This document shows positions 50,782-60,919 of a stretch of 64,000 bases of DNA, piece after piece. A program made the position numbers and the translations under genes. The notes under the pieces were generated by a model, which did no database searches, was not told the origin of the DNA, and was given only the letters and a program-made list of their open reading frames with translations. The stretch's first letter is position 1, and the number at the start of each line of letters is the position of its first letter. This DNA comes from Cyanobacteriota bacterium (GTDB lineage Bacteria; Cyanobacteriota; Cyanobacteriia; Cyanobacteriales; Nostocaceae): contig JBJOKS010000005.1 of the NCBI GenBank assembly GCA_046045965.1, forward strand, positions 32,001 to 96,000, read 5' to 3'.

Positions 50782-52938
50782 ATGAAATATCAAATTGTCT
50801 TACAACACAGTGAAGAAGACTGTGGTGCAGCTGCTTTAGCTACAATTGCCAAATATTACGGACGCACTTTTACCCTCAACCGTGTACGTGAAGCTGTGGG
50901 TACTGGTGCAAGAGGAACTACTTTATTAGGATTAAAGCGGGGTGCGGAAACATTAGGATTTCATACCCGACAAGTTAAAGCTACTCCTGAACTCATTAAC
51001 CAATTAAATCAAGCGCCTTTACCTGCTATCATTCATTGGAAAGGCTACCATTGGGTAGTATTATACGGACAAAAGGGCAAAAAATATATCATTGCTGACC
51101 CTGGTGTGGGTATCCGTTACCTGACTCACCAAGAGTTAATCACAGGTTGGAGTAATGGGGTGATGTTGTTACTCCTTCCTGATGAAAGTCGTTTTTATCA
51201 ACAAGAATCAGATAATATTGGCGGTTTGGGGCGTTATTTGCAACGGGTTTATCCCTATCGGTTTATTTTAGCCCAGGCGATCGCCATGAATATCGCCATC
51301 GGTATGCTTTCTCTCGCATCACCTTTTATGATGCAGTTACTCACCGATGATGTTCTCGTGCGGGGAGATACCCAACTATTAACTACCGTCGCTATCGGTG
51401 TAATTACCCTCAATTTAATTAAAAGCGCCATTAGTTTAGTACAATCTCATTTGATTGGTCATTTTGGACAAAGATTACAATTAGGATTAATCCTAGAATA
51501 TGGACGTAAACTCTTACATTTACCCTTAGCTTATTTTGAAGGAAGACGTAGTGGAGAAGTAGTAAGTCGCATTGCAGATGTTCACGCTGTAAATAATTTA
51601 GTTTCTCAAATTGTCTTAGGATTACCTAGTCAATTTTTTATTGCTATAGTTTCCTTGGGTTTTATGCTTTTTTACAGTTGGGAATTAACTATAGCTTCCA
51701 TATTTGCATTTATGATTATTACTGGTATTAACTTATTATTCTTACCAGCAATCCGCAGAAAAACTCGCAATATGATTGTTTCTGGTACAGAAAATCAAGG
51801 TTTTTTAGTAGAAACATTTAGAGGAGTACAAGTTTTAAAAACCACCCAAGCTACACCCCAAGCGTGGGAAGAATATCAAGGTAATTTTGGTCGTCTTGCT
51901 AACTTGGGTTGGAGTACGATGCAATTAGGACTTTATAGCAGTACAATCACAAATATTCTTTCTACATTTATTAATATCGGTATTCTTTGGATTGGTAGTT
52001 ATTTAGTCATTAATCGTCATTTAACTATCGGACAATTGATTGCTTATAATAGCATGAGTGGCAATTTTCTCGGCTTTTTAAGTTCGGGAATTGACTTAGT
52101 AGATGAATTTATCACTTCTCAAATAGTTATTCAACGTCTGACAGAAGTTATTGAAGCTACCCCAGAAGATGAAAATGATGTCAAAAAGCAATGGGTAGAA
52201 ATTCCTGAAAATGCAGATATTACTTGCACGGAAGTTAATTTTCATCATACAGGTAGAGTAGATTTATTGCAAGATTTTTCTGTAATTATTCCCGGCGGTC
52301 AAGTAATTGCTTTAATTGGTAAATCTGGATGTGGTAAAAGTACCTTAGCTAAATTGATTACAGGATTATATCAAATTCAATCAGGCAATATTCGTTATGG
52401 TTGTTATAATCAACAAGATTTAGCTTTAGAATGTTTACGAAATCAGGTAGTTTTAATTCCCCAAGAACCCCATTTCTGGAGTCGTTCAATTTTAGATAAT
52501 TTCTTATTTAGTTATGCTCATATTAGTTTTGAGGAAGTTGTAAAAGCCTGTCATATTACGGGTGCTGACGATTTTATCAGCGAATTACCAGATAAATATC
52601 AAACTGTTTTAGGAGAATTTGGTGCTAATCTTTCTGGGGGACAAAAGCAAAGATTAGCCATAGCGAGAGCGATAGTTACTGATCCACCAATATTGATTTT
52701 AGATGAATCTACTAGCGCCCTTGATCCAGTGAGTGAAGCACAAATATTAGACCAGCTTTTAGAGTATCGTCACGGTAAAACTACTATTTTAATTAGTCAC
52801 CGTCCGCGAGTCATTCGTCGTGCAGATTGGATTGTGTTTTTAGAAAAAGGACGTTTAAAAATTCAAGGTACACCAGGAGAGTTGTCTAAAGTTGCTGGTG
52901 AACATTTAGATTTTTTAGATGATGTTATTTTGAGATAA
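50782..52938 (+). CDS. Peptidase C39-containing ABC transporter (PCAT)
   Basis: QHSEEDCG (Cys), HWVVL (His), IADP (Asp); GKSGCGKS, LSGGQKQR, ILDE. Confidence 0.95.
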   Translation: MKYQIVLQHSEEDCGAAALATIAKYYGRTFTLNRVREAVGTGARGTTLLGLKRGAETLGFHTRQVKATPELINQLNQAPLPAIIHWKGYHWVVLYGQKGKKYIIADPGVGIRYLTHQELITGWSNGVMLLLLPDESRFYQQESDNIGGLGRYLQRVYPYRFILAQAIAMNIAIGMLSLASPFMMQLLTDDVLVRGDTQLLTTVAIGVITLNLIKSAISLVQSHLIGHFGQRLQLGLILEYGRKLLHLPLAYFEGRRSGEVVSRIADVHAVNNLVSQIVLGLPSQFFIAIVSLGFMLFYSWELTIASIFAFMIITGINLLFLPAIRRKTRNMIVSGTENQGFLVETFRGVQVLKTTQATPQAWEEYQGNFGRLANLGWSTMQLGLYSSTITNILSTFINIGILWIGSYLVINRHLTIGQLIAYNSMSGNFLGFLSSGIDLVDEFITSQIVIQRLTEVIEATPEDENDVKKQWVEIPENADITCTEVNFHHTGRVDLLQDFSVIIPGGQVIALIGKSGCGKSTLAKLITGLYQIQSGNIRYGCYNQQDLALECLRNQVVLIPQEPHFWSRSILDNFLFSYAHISFEEVVKACHITGADDFISELPDKYQTVLGEFGANLSGGQKQRLAIARAIVTDPPILILDESTSALDPVSEAQILDQLLEYRHGKTTILISHRPRVIRRADWIVFLEKGRLKIQGTPGELSKVAGEHLDFLDDVILR

Positions 52939-53112
52939 ATTAATTTTTACATTACTTTTTACATCTGCGTATTTTATGACTCCTCATTTTCAAACATTAG
53001 CCAAAAAATCAACAGATTATAAAATGTATTAAATATATTAAATATATTTTTTGTGTATCTATCTAATTTTGTTGTTTAATCATCATTAAAATTTAAAATG
53101 ATTGAGTTTCTG

Positions 53113-53229
53113 ATAACCAATAACTAATAACAAATAACCAATAACTAATAACTAATAACCAATAACCAATAACTAATAACTAATAACTAATAACTAATGA
53201 CTAATGACTAATGACTAATAACTAATAAC
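53113..53229. repeat. STRR (ACTAATA/ACCAATA/ACTAATG)n
   Basis: About 16 tandem heptamers. Confidence 0.9.
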
Positions 53230-53236
53230 TATAATT

Positions 53237-54739
53237 ATGGCTAAAGACTCTGACTCATTAAACCCCATTCAAACCGATGAATTTCTCCCACCTATTAGTC
53301 ATTGGACTACCTATGGTGGACTTTTTATTCTCTGTGTTTTAATATTAGCAATTCCCGTATCTGCACTGACAAAATATAAAGTCACAGTTAAAGGACAAGG
53401 AGTAGTTCGTCCATCAGGAGAATTGCGAATTGTGCAAGCGGCCACCGAAGGTCAAATTAGGCAAATTTATGTCAAAGAAAATCAAGTTGTGAAAACTGGA
53501 AATGCAATAGCTATTATTGATGACTCTCGGTTACAAACTAAAAAAAGTCAATTACAAACTAATATTCAACAAGCGAATTTACAACTTGTACAAATTCATG
53601 CTCAAATTCAAAATTTAAACTTGCAAATTAACGCCGAACTTGATAAAATTAATCGAATTATTAATGCTGCTGAAGCTGAATTGAGCGATCGCCTCCGTCA
53701 ATATCAGGATAAAAAAATTACCACAGATTCTGAACTTCAGGAAGCTCAAGCAAACGTTCAAATTGCTCAAGAAGAATTAAAAATAGGACTAGCCAGATTA
53801 AAAATAGAACAAGCAAATTTGCAATCAGCCGAAGCAGTTTTGAATACAGCAAAATCCAAGCAAGAAAGATATGAAAGCGTAGCGCAAGCAGGAGCATTAT
53901 CGAAAAATCAAGTAGAAGAAGCACAACTAGCGACTAAACAGCAAGAACAAGCAGTAAAAGCCCAAAAATCAGTAATTGAAGCCCAAAAACAAACAATTAC
54001 CAAACTAGAGAAAGCTGTATATGTTGCCATCACCAGAAAACAGCGTGCTAAAGCAGCTATTAATCCCAGTCATGCAGAAGTAAAAATCGCCATTGAACGT
54101 ATAGCCCAAGAAAAAGCAGCAGGAGAAAGTAACAAAGCAGCCTTAGAAAAAGAACGTCAAATGACAATTAAACAAAAAGTAGAAATTGAAAAACAGCTAG
54201 AACGGGATATTAGAGAACTCAAACAAGTAGACATAGAAATAAATCAGACCACTATTACCGCAACAGCGGATGGTATAATTACGCAAATAAACCTGCGTAA
54301 CCCTGGACAAACCGTGCGAACTGGGGAAGAAATATTACAAATAGTCCCCAGTGATGCGAAACAGATCATCAAAGCAGCAGTAGCATCAGAAGATAAAAAC
54401 AAACTGAAAATTGGTCAACCCGTGCAGATGCGAGTTACCGCTTGTCCTTACCCGGATTATGGTACACTTAATGGTAAAGTTGAAGCAATTTCACCAGATG
54501 CCATTGCACCGCCAAAAAAATCAACAGAGGAATCAGTTACTAATAACACCAGTCCCAAAGCCACAGTACCAGGTACAATTTATGAAGTGACCATTGAACC
54601 ACAAAACCTAGTTTTAGGTACAGGTAAAAATTTGTGTCACATTCAACTAGGAATGGAAGGAAGAGTAGATATAATTTCCCGTGAAGAAAGCGTACTGCAA
54701 TTTTTCTTGAGAAAAGCCAGATTAATAGCAGATTTGTGA
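53237..54739 (+). CDS. HlyD-family membrane fusion protein
   Basis: N-terminal TM, VQAATEG, long coiled coil, CPYPDYGTL.G.V..ISPD. Confidence 0.93.
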   Translation: MAKDSDSLNPIQTDEFLPPISHWTTYGGLFILCVLILAIPVSALTKYKVTVKGQGVVRPSGELRIVQAATEGQIRQIYVKENQVVKTGNAIAIIDDSRLQTKKSQLQTNIQQANLQLVQIHAQIQNLNLQINAELDKINRIINAAEAELSDRLRQYQDKKITTDSELQEAQANVQIAQEELKIGLARLKIEQANLQSAEAVLNTAKSKQERYESVAQAGALSKNQVEEAQLATKQQEQAVKAQKSVIEAQKQTITKLEKAVYVAITRKQRAKAAINPSHAEVKIAIERIAQEKAAGESNKAALEKERQMTIKQKVEIEKQLERDIRELKQVDIEINQTTITATADGIITQINLRNPGQTVRTGEEILQIVPSDAKQIIKAAVASEDKNKLKIGQPVQMRVTACPYPDYGTLNGKVEAISPDAIAPPKKSTEESVTNNTSPKATVPGTIYEVTIEPQNLVLGTGKNLCHIQLGMEGRVDIISREESVLQFFLRKARLIADL

Positions 54740-54765
54740 TAGTGTTTTCTCATCATCAGGAAAAC

Positions 54766-54925
54766 GGCAGCATCCCAAATGTGTAAGTTTATTTTTTTGA
54801 ATCTTGCAATTGCTACAAAGCTTGATATGAATGAAGCGCAAAGAACGCAAAGAACACAAAGTTAAGAGGGTTCAAAAGAGTTTTTGGTGTTGCTGTGGTT
54901 ATGTTTTCAAAATTGGGATGCTCCC
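54766..54925. mobile_element. MITE-like element with terminal inverted repeats AGCATCCCAA / TTGGGATGCT
   Basis: Perfect 10-bp inverted ends about 150 bp apart; internal (AACGCAAAG)-like repeats. Confidence 0.6.
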
Positions 54926-55020
54926 AGAAAAACATTATCTGCGTTTATCTGTGTTTATCTGCGTTTAATGCCAAATTTCTGCACCTCACTAGGACGGGAA
55001 AAGTAGTCATAATTTAAAAT

Positions 55021-55455
55021 TTGACACTCCCCGACCTAAACGTGCGGGGATTCTTGGTTCAACGAGTCCACTTAGATTAGAACCCTTGCGGTGTCTAAGC
55101 CAGAGGTGGTTCTCTCCCCAAGCGTTACTTTCCCTCTGCCCGAAGGTAGTTGTATTGCTACAAATTTTGCTTGAGTTAATTCTGTGTCGTCTAGTACCTG
55201 TAAATCTTTTACCTACTTCCAGGTGATACCAGAACTACGAAGTAGAACCCCATAGATTTAGTTGTCAAGGTACAGATTGCCGTTAGGCAGTTAGGTTTTA
55301 TACAGGTTGATTACCGTTCCTGTTGAGATAATTATAGCATAGGTGACTGAGGCGTAAACGCCTCAACTGGTTTTCATCCCTGCTATCAAGGAAGGTTAAG
55401 TTTTGGAGCGTGGCGGAAAAACTTAACCTCAAGGGTTTTCAGCCTATTTTCTTAT
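55021..55455 (-). mobile_element. Non-autonomous IS200/IS605(tnpB)-derived element with no ORF
   Basis: Minus strand ends AAGAATCCCCGCACGTTTAGGTCGGGGAGTGTCAA (tnpB-type right-end hairpin) preceded by tnpB-3'-like ACTACCTTCGGGCAGAGGGAAAGTAACGCTTGGGGAGA; left-end-like AAAACCCTTG...CAGGGATGAAAA. Confidence 0.7.
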
Positions 55456-55488
55456 AAAATAAAGATGTGATCAAAGTAAATCAAAACC

Positions 55489-56025
55489 GTGAGTCAAACT
55501 GAGACACAGCCACAAAGCAGTAACACTACAACATATTACACCCTCTTGGGACTGCATCCCTCAGCGTCAGTCATAGATATACGTCGCGCATATCGGGAAC
55601 TGAGTAAACAGTATCACCCAGATACCACAGAATTACCTGATACAGTTGCTACTGCCAAATTTCAGGAAATTAACGAAGCCTATGCTACTTTAAGTCATCC
55701 AGAGCGCCGTTTAAGTTATGATTTAAAGATAGGTTATTCTCGATTTGGGGTAATTCAAACACCAACGGATTTAAATCATCCTGTGAATAAACCCTATGAT
55801 TACTCAAAATCAATGTATTTGGATGCGAGCGATCGCCCCCTATCATCTGGAGAAATCTTTGTATTATTTGTGTTAAGCTTAACCCTTGTGGGTTGTTTAT
55901 TACTAGCGATCGCTGTCGCTGTTATACGTGGTGAACCTAGTTTACAAAACCAACTCACCCAACCGCAAATTACCCATATTTCTCAATTCCCACTCCCTAA
56001 AGAACCCAAACTCCATCTTTTTTAA
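55489..56025 (+). CDS. J-domain membrane protein
   Basis: YHPD; C-terminal TM. Confidence 0.85.
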   Translation: MSQTETQPQSSNTTTYYTLLGLHPSASVIDIRRAYRELSKQYHPDTTELPDTVATAKFQEINEAYATLSHPERRLSYDLKIGYSRFGVIQTPTDLNHPVNKPYDYSKSMYLDASDRPLSSGEIFVLFVLSLTLVGCLLLAIAVAVIRGEPSLQNQLTQPQITHISQFPLPKEPKLHLF

Positions 56026-56051
56026 TTTTAATTATTAATTTTCAGCTGCTT

Positions 56052-56318
56052 ATGCTTCCTTCGTACACACCACTATATAATCACCCTTTGCCACAAATTG
56101 AACAGTGGCTCAAAGACCAAGGTTGTCAACAAGATGAAAAGGAACTACATTGTTGGCGAATACAGCGACCTAGTTGGGAAGCAGAACTATGGCTGGATAT
56201 CGAGCAAATTACAGTTAGATATATCCAACTCGGAGAAAACAGTCAAGAAATCCAACGTTCCTTTAAATATTCTCTGAGTCGGGAAGATATTCAAGCAGCA
56301 ATTTTTGCAGGTCCATAA
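56052..56318 (+). CDS. DUF3143 family protein
   Basis: TPLYNHPLPQIEQWL...FKYSLSREDI.AA. Confidence 0.8.
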   Translation: MLPSYTPLYNHPLPQIEQWLKDQGCQQDEKELHCWRIQRPSWEAELWLDIEQITVRYIQLGENSQEIQRSFKYSLSREDIQAAIFAGP

Positions 56319-56379
56319 ATCCAATTTCAGCATCGCTTTTGCATCCTAATAAAACAAACTCATGACAAAAATATTCAGC

Positions 56380-56820
56380 TTAATCATGCTCCCAAAAGTT
56401 AGAATTTAGGAGTATTTCTAAATCCGATGAATACGGCCATTCCGAAGGAAAATTGACTGATTTATACTCACTGCTGACATTAGCTAAACTTCGTCGCCAA
56501 GCGTCCTGAAAACTCGTATCCCATAGAGACTTGAGACTGGGTACTTGGGTAATTAATACATCAAGTTCAGTTCGTTGGGTCCGAATTGTGCGTTCCCAGC
56601 CATTATAATCGTAGGGTAAGTCAACATATAATCGCTTGAGTAAATGTTCTAGTAATACAATTAAACGACTCAGTAGTTCTCTTTTTTGCGAAGTTCCCAA
56701 AGCCTCTACTTCCTCAATCAGATTTTCAATATCCAAGGTTTCAAAATCCCGTGCTTTGAGCTTCGCAACAGTATCTTCAACCCAGAGTAAAATATCTTGA
56801 TCATACAGAGATGGTGTCAT
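56380..56820 (-). CDS. DUF29 family protein
   Basis: LYDQDILLW...LDIENLIEEVEALG...LLEHLLK...W..TI..QR. Confidence 0.85.
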   Translation of the reverse strand: MTPSLYDQDILLWVEDTVAKLKARDFETLDIENLIEEVEALGTSQKRELLSRLIVLLEHLLKRLYVDLPYDYNGWERTIRTQRTELDVLITQVPSLKSLWDTSFQDAWRRSLANVSSEYKSVNFPSEWPYSSDLEILLNSNFWEHD

Positions 56821-56845
56821 ATTTAATTTTTCTCCCAAATCTTAC

Positions 56846-56957
56846 TATGGCAGGAGGCAGGAGGCAGGAGGCAGAGGGCAGGAGGCAGTAGGGAAAACCT
56901 GATCCTGTATGATTTTTAATTTTCAGTTTGTATCTCATTCAACTGCATACCGCTTTA
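56846..56957. mobile_element. MITE-like element with (CAGGAGG)n arm
   Basis: 3' part TGTATCTCATTCAACTGCATACCGCTTTA resembles TGTACCTCATTGATCTGTAATCTGCTATA at 20213-20241. Confidence 0.5.
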
Positions 56958-56976
56958 TTGAATATAGCATTATTTC

Positions 56977-57726
56977 CTAAACCTTACCAAACCGCCGTTC
57001 TCGTTGTTGGTAAGCACATAAAGCGCGGTGAAATTCTTTTCTATCAAAATCTGGCCAGAGAGTATCAGTAATATAAATTTCTCCATAGGCCATTTGCCAA
57101 AGTAAGAAATTCGATAACCGCATTTCTCCACTGGTGCGGATCAGTAAATCTGGATCGGTTATTCCGGCCGTATATAAATGACTTTCAAATAATTCTTCAG
57201 AAATTTCATCAGGATTTAATATACCTTGCTGCACCTTTTGCGCGATCGCCCTACAAGCTTGTAAAATTTCCTGTCTACCACCATAATTAGTAGCTACTGT
57301 AAACTTAATACTTTGATTATTCTTAGTTTCTGCCATTGAGCGAGAAATTTCTTCTTGCAGGGATTTTGGTAAAGCTTGCAAATTACCCACAAACTGAATC
57401 TGCACATTCTCCTCTACCATTTCCCGTAATTCTTGCCGCAAAACCCGCTGAAACAGACTCATCAAAAACTCCACCTCTTCCTGTGGCCTTTTCCAATTTT
57501 CCGTAGAAAAAGCATAAGCAGTTAAAGCCTTAATACCCCAATCCTTACAACAGCGTAGCAAATCCTTGAGAGCATCAACACCCCGCTTATGCCCCATAAT
57601 TCTGGGTAGACCTTGACGTTTAGCCCATCGGCCATTGCCATCCATAATCACCGCAACGTGCTGGGGAAGTAATTCTTGTTTTAAATCAGGGGGCAAATAT
57701 TGCAGTTCAGTATGTTGTGTTGTCAT
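56977..57726 (-). CDS. uppS: Undecaprenyl diphosphate synthase (isoprenyl transferase)
   Basis: [30 protein letters not shown]. Confidence 0.95.
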   Translation of the reverse strand: MTTQHTELQYLPPDLKQELLPQHVAVIMDGNGRWAKRQGLPRIMGHKRGVDALKDLLRCCKDWGIKALTAYAFSTENWKRPQEEVEFLMSLFQRVLRQELREMVEENVQIQFVGNLQALPKSLQEEISRSMAETKNNQSIKFTVATNYGGRQEILQACRAIAQKVQQGILNPDEISEELFESHLYTAGITDPDLLIRTSGEMRLSNFLLWQMAYGEIYITDTLWPDFDRKEFHRALCAYQQRERRFGKV

Positions 57727-57735
57727 TTTTCGGTC

Positions 57736-58662
57736 TTATTTTTTTGGCGAGAAGCGATCTGATGCTAATCTGAGTAAACGTAAAACAAATGCTAGTGTCT
57801 GATCCCTAATTTGACGAATAAAACTGAAAAGACCAGGTGCGACTGCTTCCCGATCTACAGTTGGCGAAAATCGAGCCTCTAAAGACTCTTTTAACTTTCT
57901 AATCGTCAGTGGTCTATATAAAGTTCCTCTTTCCGCTAGAGAAATAGAACCCGTTTCTTCTGATACAACGACACAAATACAATTTTCGACCCGTTCAGTA
58001 ATTCCCATTGCTGCCCGATGGCGTGTACCCAGCTGGCGAGAGGCTGTGCGTCCCGAAAGTGGTAAAATTATACCCGATGATACAATCCGCGAACCACGGA
58101 TCAAGGTTGCCCCATCATGCAATAAAGTTTTTGGCTGAAAAATTGTCTGGATCAGTTCTTTTGAAACTTCCGCATTTAACTTTACTCCAGGTACGGAAAA
58201 ATCTCGCTCATCAATTGGACCGGAAGTTTCCAAAATCAGCAAAGCGCCAATCCGATTTTTTGACAGTTCTTTGACGGCATCGACAATTTCATCAATCACG
58301 CTATCAGATTTAGGCACTGCCAAACGGTTGGGTTGAAATAACAGTCTGAACTCACCCCGTCCCAATTGCTCCAAAAATCGGCGAAACTCTGATTGCAGTG
58401 CTACGGCCATAGCTACAGCACAACCAATTACCAGCTTTTCCAGAACGAAATTGAGTAGAGGTAGTCCTAAAGTGCCACTGAATGCTGAAGCCAACATCAA
58501 AAGTATGAATCCCCGCACCATCCACAGCGTTCGGCGTTCACTAATAATCACCAGGATCATGTATGTCAACGCCAGCACTAACAGAATATCCAGAGTCCTA
58601 AGCAGCAAGGACTGTGACCATCCCATGTTTGTCGTCAGCCATTGCTTCCACCAATCTCTCAT
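57736..58662 (-). CDS. cdaA: Diadenylate cyclase CdaA
   Basis: Three TMs; LHDGA and GTRHRAA motifs. Confidence 0.93.
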   Translation of the reverse strand: MRDWWKQWLTTNMGWSQSLLLRTLDILLVLALTYMILVIISERRTLWMVRGFILLMLASAFSGTLGLPLLNFVLEKLVIGCAVAMAVALQSEFRRFLEQLGRGEFRLLFQPNRLAVPKSDSVIDEIVDAVKELSKNRIGALLILETSGPIDERDFSVPGVKLNAEVSKELIQTIFQPKTLLHDGATLIRGSRIVSSGIILPLSGRTASRQLGTRHRAAMGITERVENCICVVVSEETGSISLAERGTLYRPLTIRKLKESLEARFSPTVDREAVAPGLFSFIRQIRDQTLAFVLRLLRLASDRFSPKK

Positions 58663-58751
58663 GACATCTGGATTCTAATAGTCATTTGTCATTTGTCATT
58701 TGTCATTAGTCATTGGTTCTTAGCTAATAACTAATGACCAAGGACTACTGA

Positions 58752-60143
58752 CTATTTAAGTCTTTCTGGTAGGCAATCTTGGCGAATGATGTCTTGATAA
58801 GTTTCGCGCTGCAAAATTAAATTCGCTTCGCCATTTGCCACTAGAACAGCTGCCGGTCGGGGCAAGCGGTTGTAGTTAGATGCCATACTGTAATTGTATG
58901 CACCAGTTCCCATAACTACGAGAATATCGCCTGGTTCAGTTTTCGGTAGTTGAGCGTTTTTAATCAGGATATCTCCTGATTCGCAATGTTTACCCGCTAA
59001 TGTGACTGTTTGGGTCAAAGGAGCGGACATTTTATTAGCCACTACTGACCTATAAACTGATTGATATGTTATGGGGCGGGGATTATCAGACATTCCCCCA
59101 TCAATTGTGACATAAGTACGAATATCGGGAATGGTTTTCGCTGAACCAATAGTGTAGGCAGTAACGCAAGCTGTGGCAATGAGCGATCGCCCTGGTTCAC
59201 AGAGTAGTTTGGGTAGAGGCAAATTTTCAGCCGCACAAGCTTCTTGTACTACTTCACAAATTGCCTTTGACCATTCTTCAATGCTTGGGGGATCGTCTGA
59301 TTCTGTGTATTTAATACCTAATCCACCACCAACATTTAACTCTGTCAATTCTAAATTATATTTAGCTGCATCCCGCAACCACTGTACCATTACAGCGGCT
59401 AAATCACGATGGGGTTGACGTTCAAAAATTTGTGAACCAATATGAGCGTGTAAACCCACACAGTTTAAACCTGGTTGTTTACTGACAAAGGCAAATACCT
59501 CTTCTAAATCATTGGGGTCAAAACCAAATTTACTATCTAAATGTCCAGTGCGAATATACTCATGGGTATGGCATTCTATCCCTGGAGTTAACCGCAGCAT
59601 AATCCGGATGGCTGCATCTGTGGTTGCCAGTTCTACCAAAGTATGTAATTCATACCAGTTATCAACAACAATGGTACAACCTGACTCAATCGCCAAAATT
59701 AGCTCATCACGAGATTTATTATTGCCGTGGAGGTAGATTTTATCTGGACTTACACCGGCTTCTAAAGCTGTGTAAAGTTCACCACCAGATACTACATCTA
59801 TTCCTAAACCTTCTGAGGCGACAATGGCACAAACTGCTAAACAATTCCATGCCTTAGAAGCATACAATATTTGAGATTCACCTTTGTAGTATTGTTTAAA
59901 TGTATCCCGGTATTGTTGGCAAGCTGTCCGCAGTGTTGCTTCATCCAAAATATATAGAGGTGAACCAAACTGCTGAACCAGCGTTGTGACATCACACCCA
60001 CCGATTTCCAGAAAATCATGACGATTCACTCTAGCAGTCAAGGGTAAGAGTTCTTGATTTGGAGAAATATTTGTACTACTGGGGCTTTGAGATAGATATT
60101 GATTGCCAGAAGGTTGAACCTTGACGGGGTGAGTCGATACCAT
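58752..60143 (-). CDS. lysA: Diaminopimelate decarboxylase
   Basis: YASKA, HIGSQ, EPGRS, CESGD. Confidence 0.96.
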   Translation of the reverse strand: MVSTHPVKVQPSGNQYLSQSPSSTNISPNQELLPLTARVNRHDFLEIGGCDVTTLVQQFGSPLYILDEATLRTACQQYRDTFKQYYKGESQILYASKAWNCLAVCAIVASEGLGIDVVSGGELYTALEAGVSPDKIYLHGNNKSRDELILAIESGCTIVVDNWYELHTLVELATTDAAIRIMLRLTPGIECHTHEYIRTGHLDSKFGFDPNDLEEVFAFVSKQPGLNCVGLHAHIGSQIFERQPHRDLAAVMVQWLRDAAKYNLELTELNVGGGLGIKYTESDDPPSIEEWSKAICEVVQEACAAENLPLPKLLCEPGRSLIATACVTAYTIGSAKTIPDIRTYVTIDGGMSDNPRPITYQSVYRSVVANKMSAPLTQTVTLAGKHCESGDILIKNAQLPKTEPGDILVVMGTGAYNYSMASNYNRLPRPAAVLVANGEANLILQRETYQDIIRQDCLPERLK

Positions 60144-60361
60144 AACTAATAAAATCTGTCCTTGTTAAATTTACGAACGTGAGTTAAACTCCCGATTCTA
60201 AGTTTACAGCTTTGCTGGTAATGGGTAATGGGTGATTGAATTTTGGATTTTAGATTTTGGATTTTGGATTTCGGATTGTATTTAAAGAACTTCAATCTCA
60301 AATCTACAATTTTCCTACCCTGTTCCCTGTTAAGAGTTCCCTGTTAAGAGTTCCCTAAACC

Positions 60362-60919
60362 GTGAAACCATTAGATTTAAAAATCCAATCCTTGACTTTA
60401 GAGCATTTAAATGATTTGCTGGAACTTGACCAAGCTTGTTTTAATGGTTGGTGGACTATAGAAGGCTACCGTCGAGAGTTAGAGAGTCCCAACAGTCATT
60501 TTTTGGGTTTATTTTCCCCGTTTTCTAGCTCGGGTTTGCTGGGAATGGGTTGTTTTTGGTCAATTTTAGAAGAAGCGCATATTACAATTTTGGCGGTTCA
60601 TCCTGAATATCACCGTCAAGGTTTGGGACAGGCTTTATTGTATGCTCTATTGAAAACAGCAAGCGATCGCGGTTTGGAGAGAGCAACCCTCGAAGTCCGA
60701 GTTTCCAACCAGATGGCAATTTCTCTATATCAAAAATTTGGCTTTAAAACTGCTGGCAGACGACCCCGTTACTATAAAGATAATGATGAAGATGCCCTAA
60801 TTCTGTGGCTTTCTGACTTACAACAGCCAAATTTTCTCAAAAATTTAGATGATTGGCATAGTGTTGTTAGCGATCGCCTCAGTCAATCTTGTTGGTTATT
60901 AGAAGCAGAAAAAAGATAA
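60362..60919 (+). CDS. rimI: Ribosomal protein alanine N-acetyltransferase
   Basis: EAHITILAVHP..RQGLG, TLEVRVSN..AI.LY.KFGF. Confidence 0.88.
   Translation: MKPLDLKIQSLTLEHLNDLLELDQACFNGWWTIEGYRRELESPNSHFLGLFSPFSSSGLLGMGCFWSILEEAHITILAVHPEYHRQGLGQALLYALLKTASDRGLERATLEVRVSNQMAISLYQKFGFKTAGRRPRYYKDNDEDALILWLSDLQQPNFLKNLDDWHSVVSDRLSQSCWLLEAEKR

Noticed and set aside
50782..52938. Calling the PCAT hetC
   Set aside because: It begins directly with the C39 domain, lacks HetC's long N-terminal extension and hetP context, and has its own local substrates
56977..60143. lysA-cdaA-uppS cluster as a novel c-di-AMP system
   Set aside because: Well-known conserved cyanobacterial arrangement
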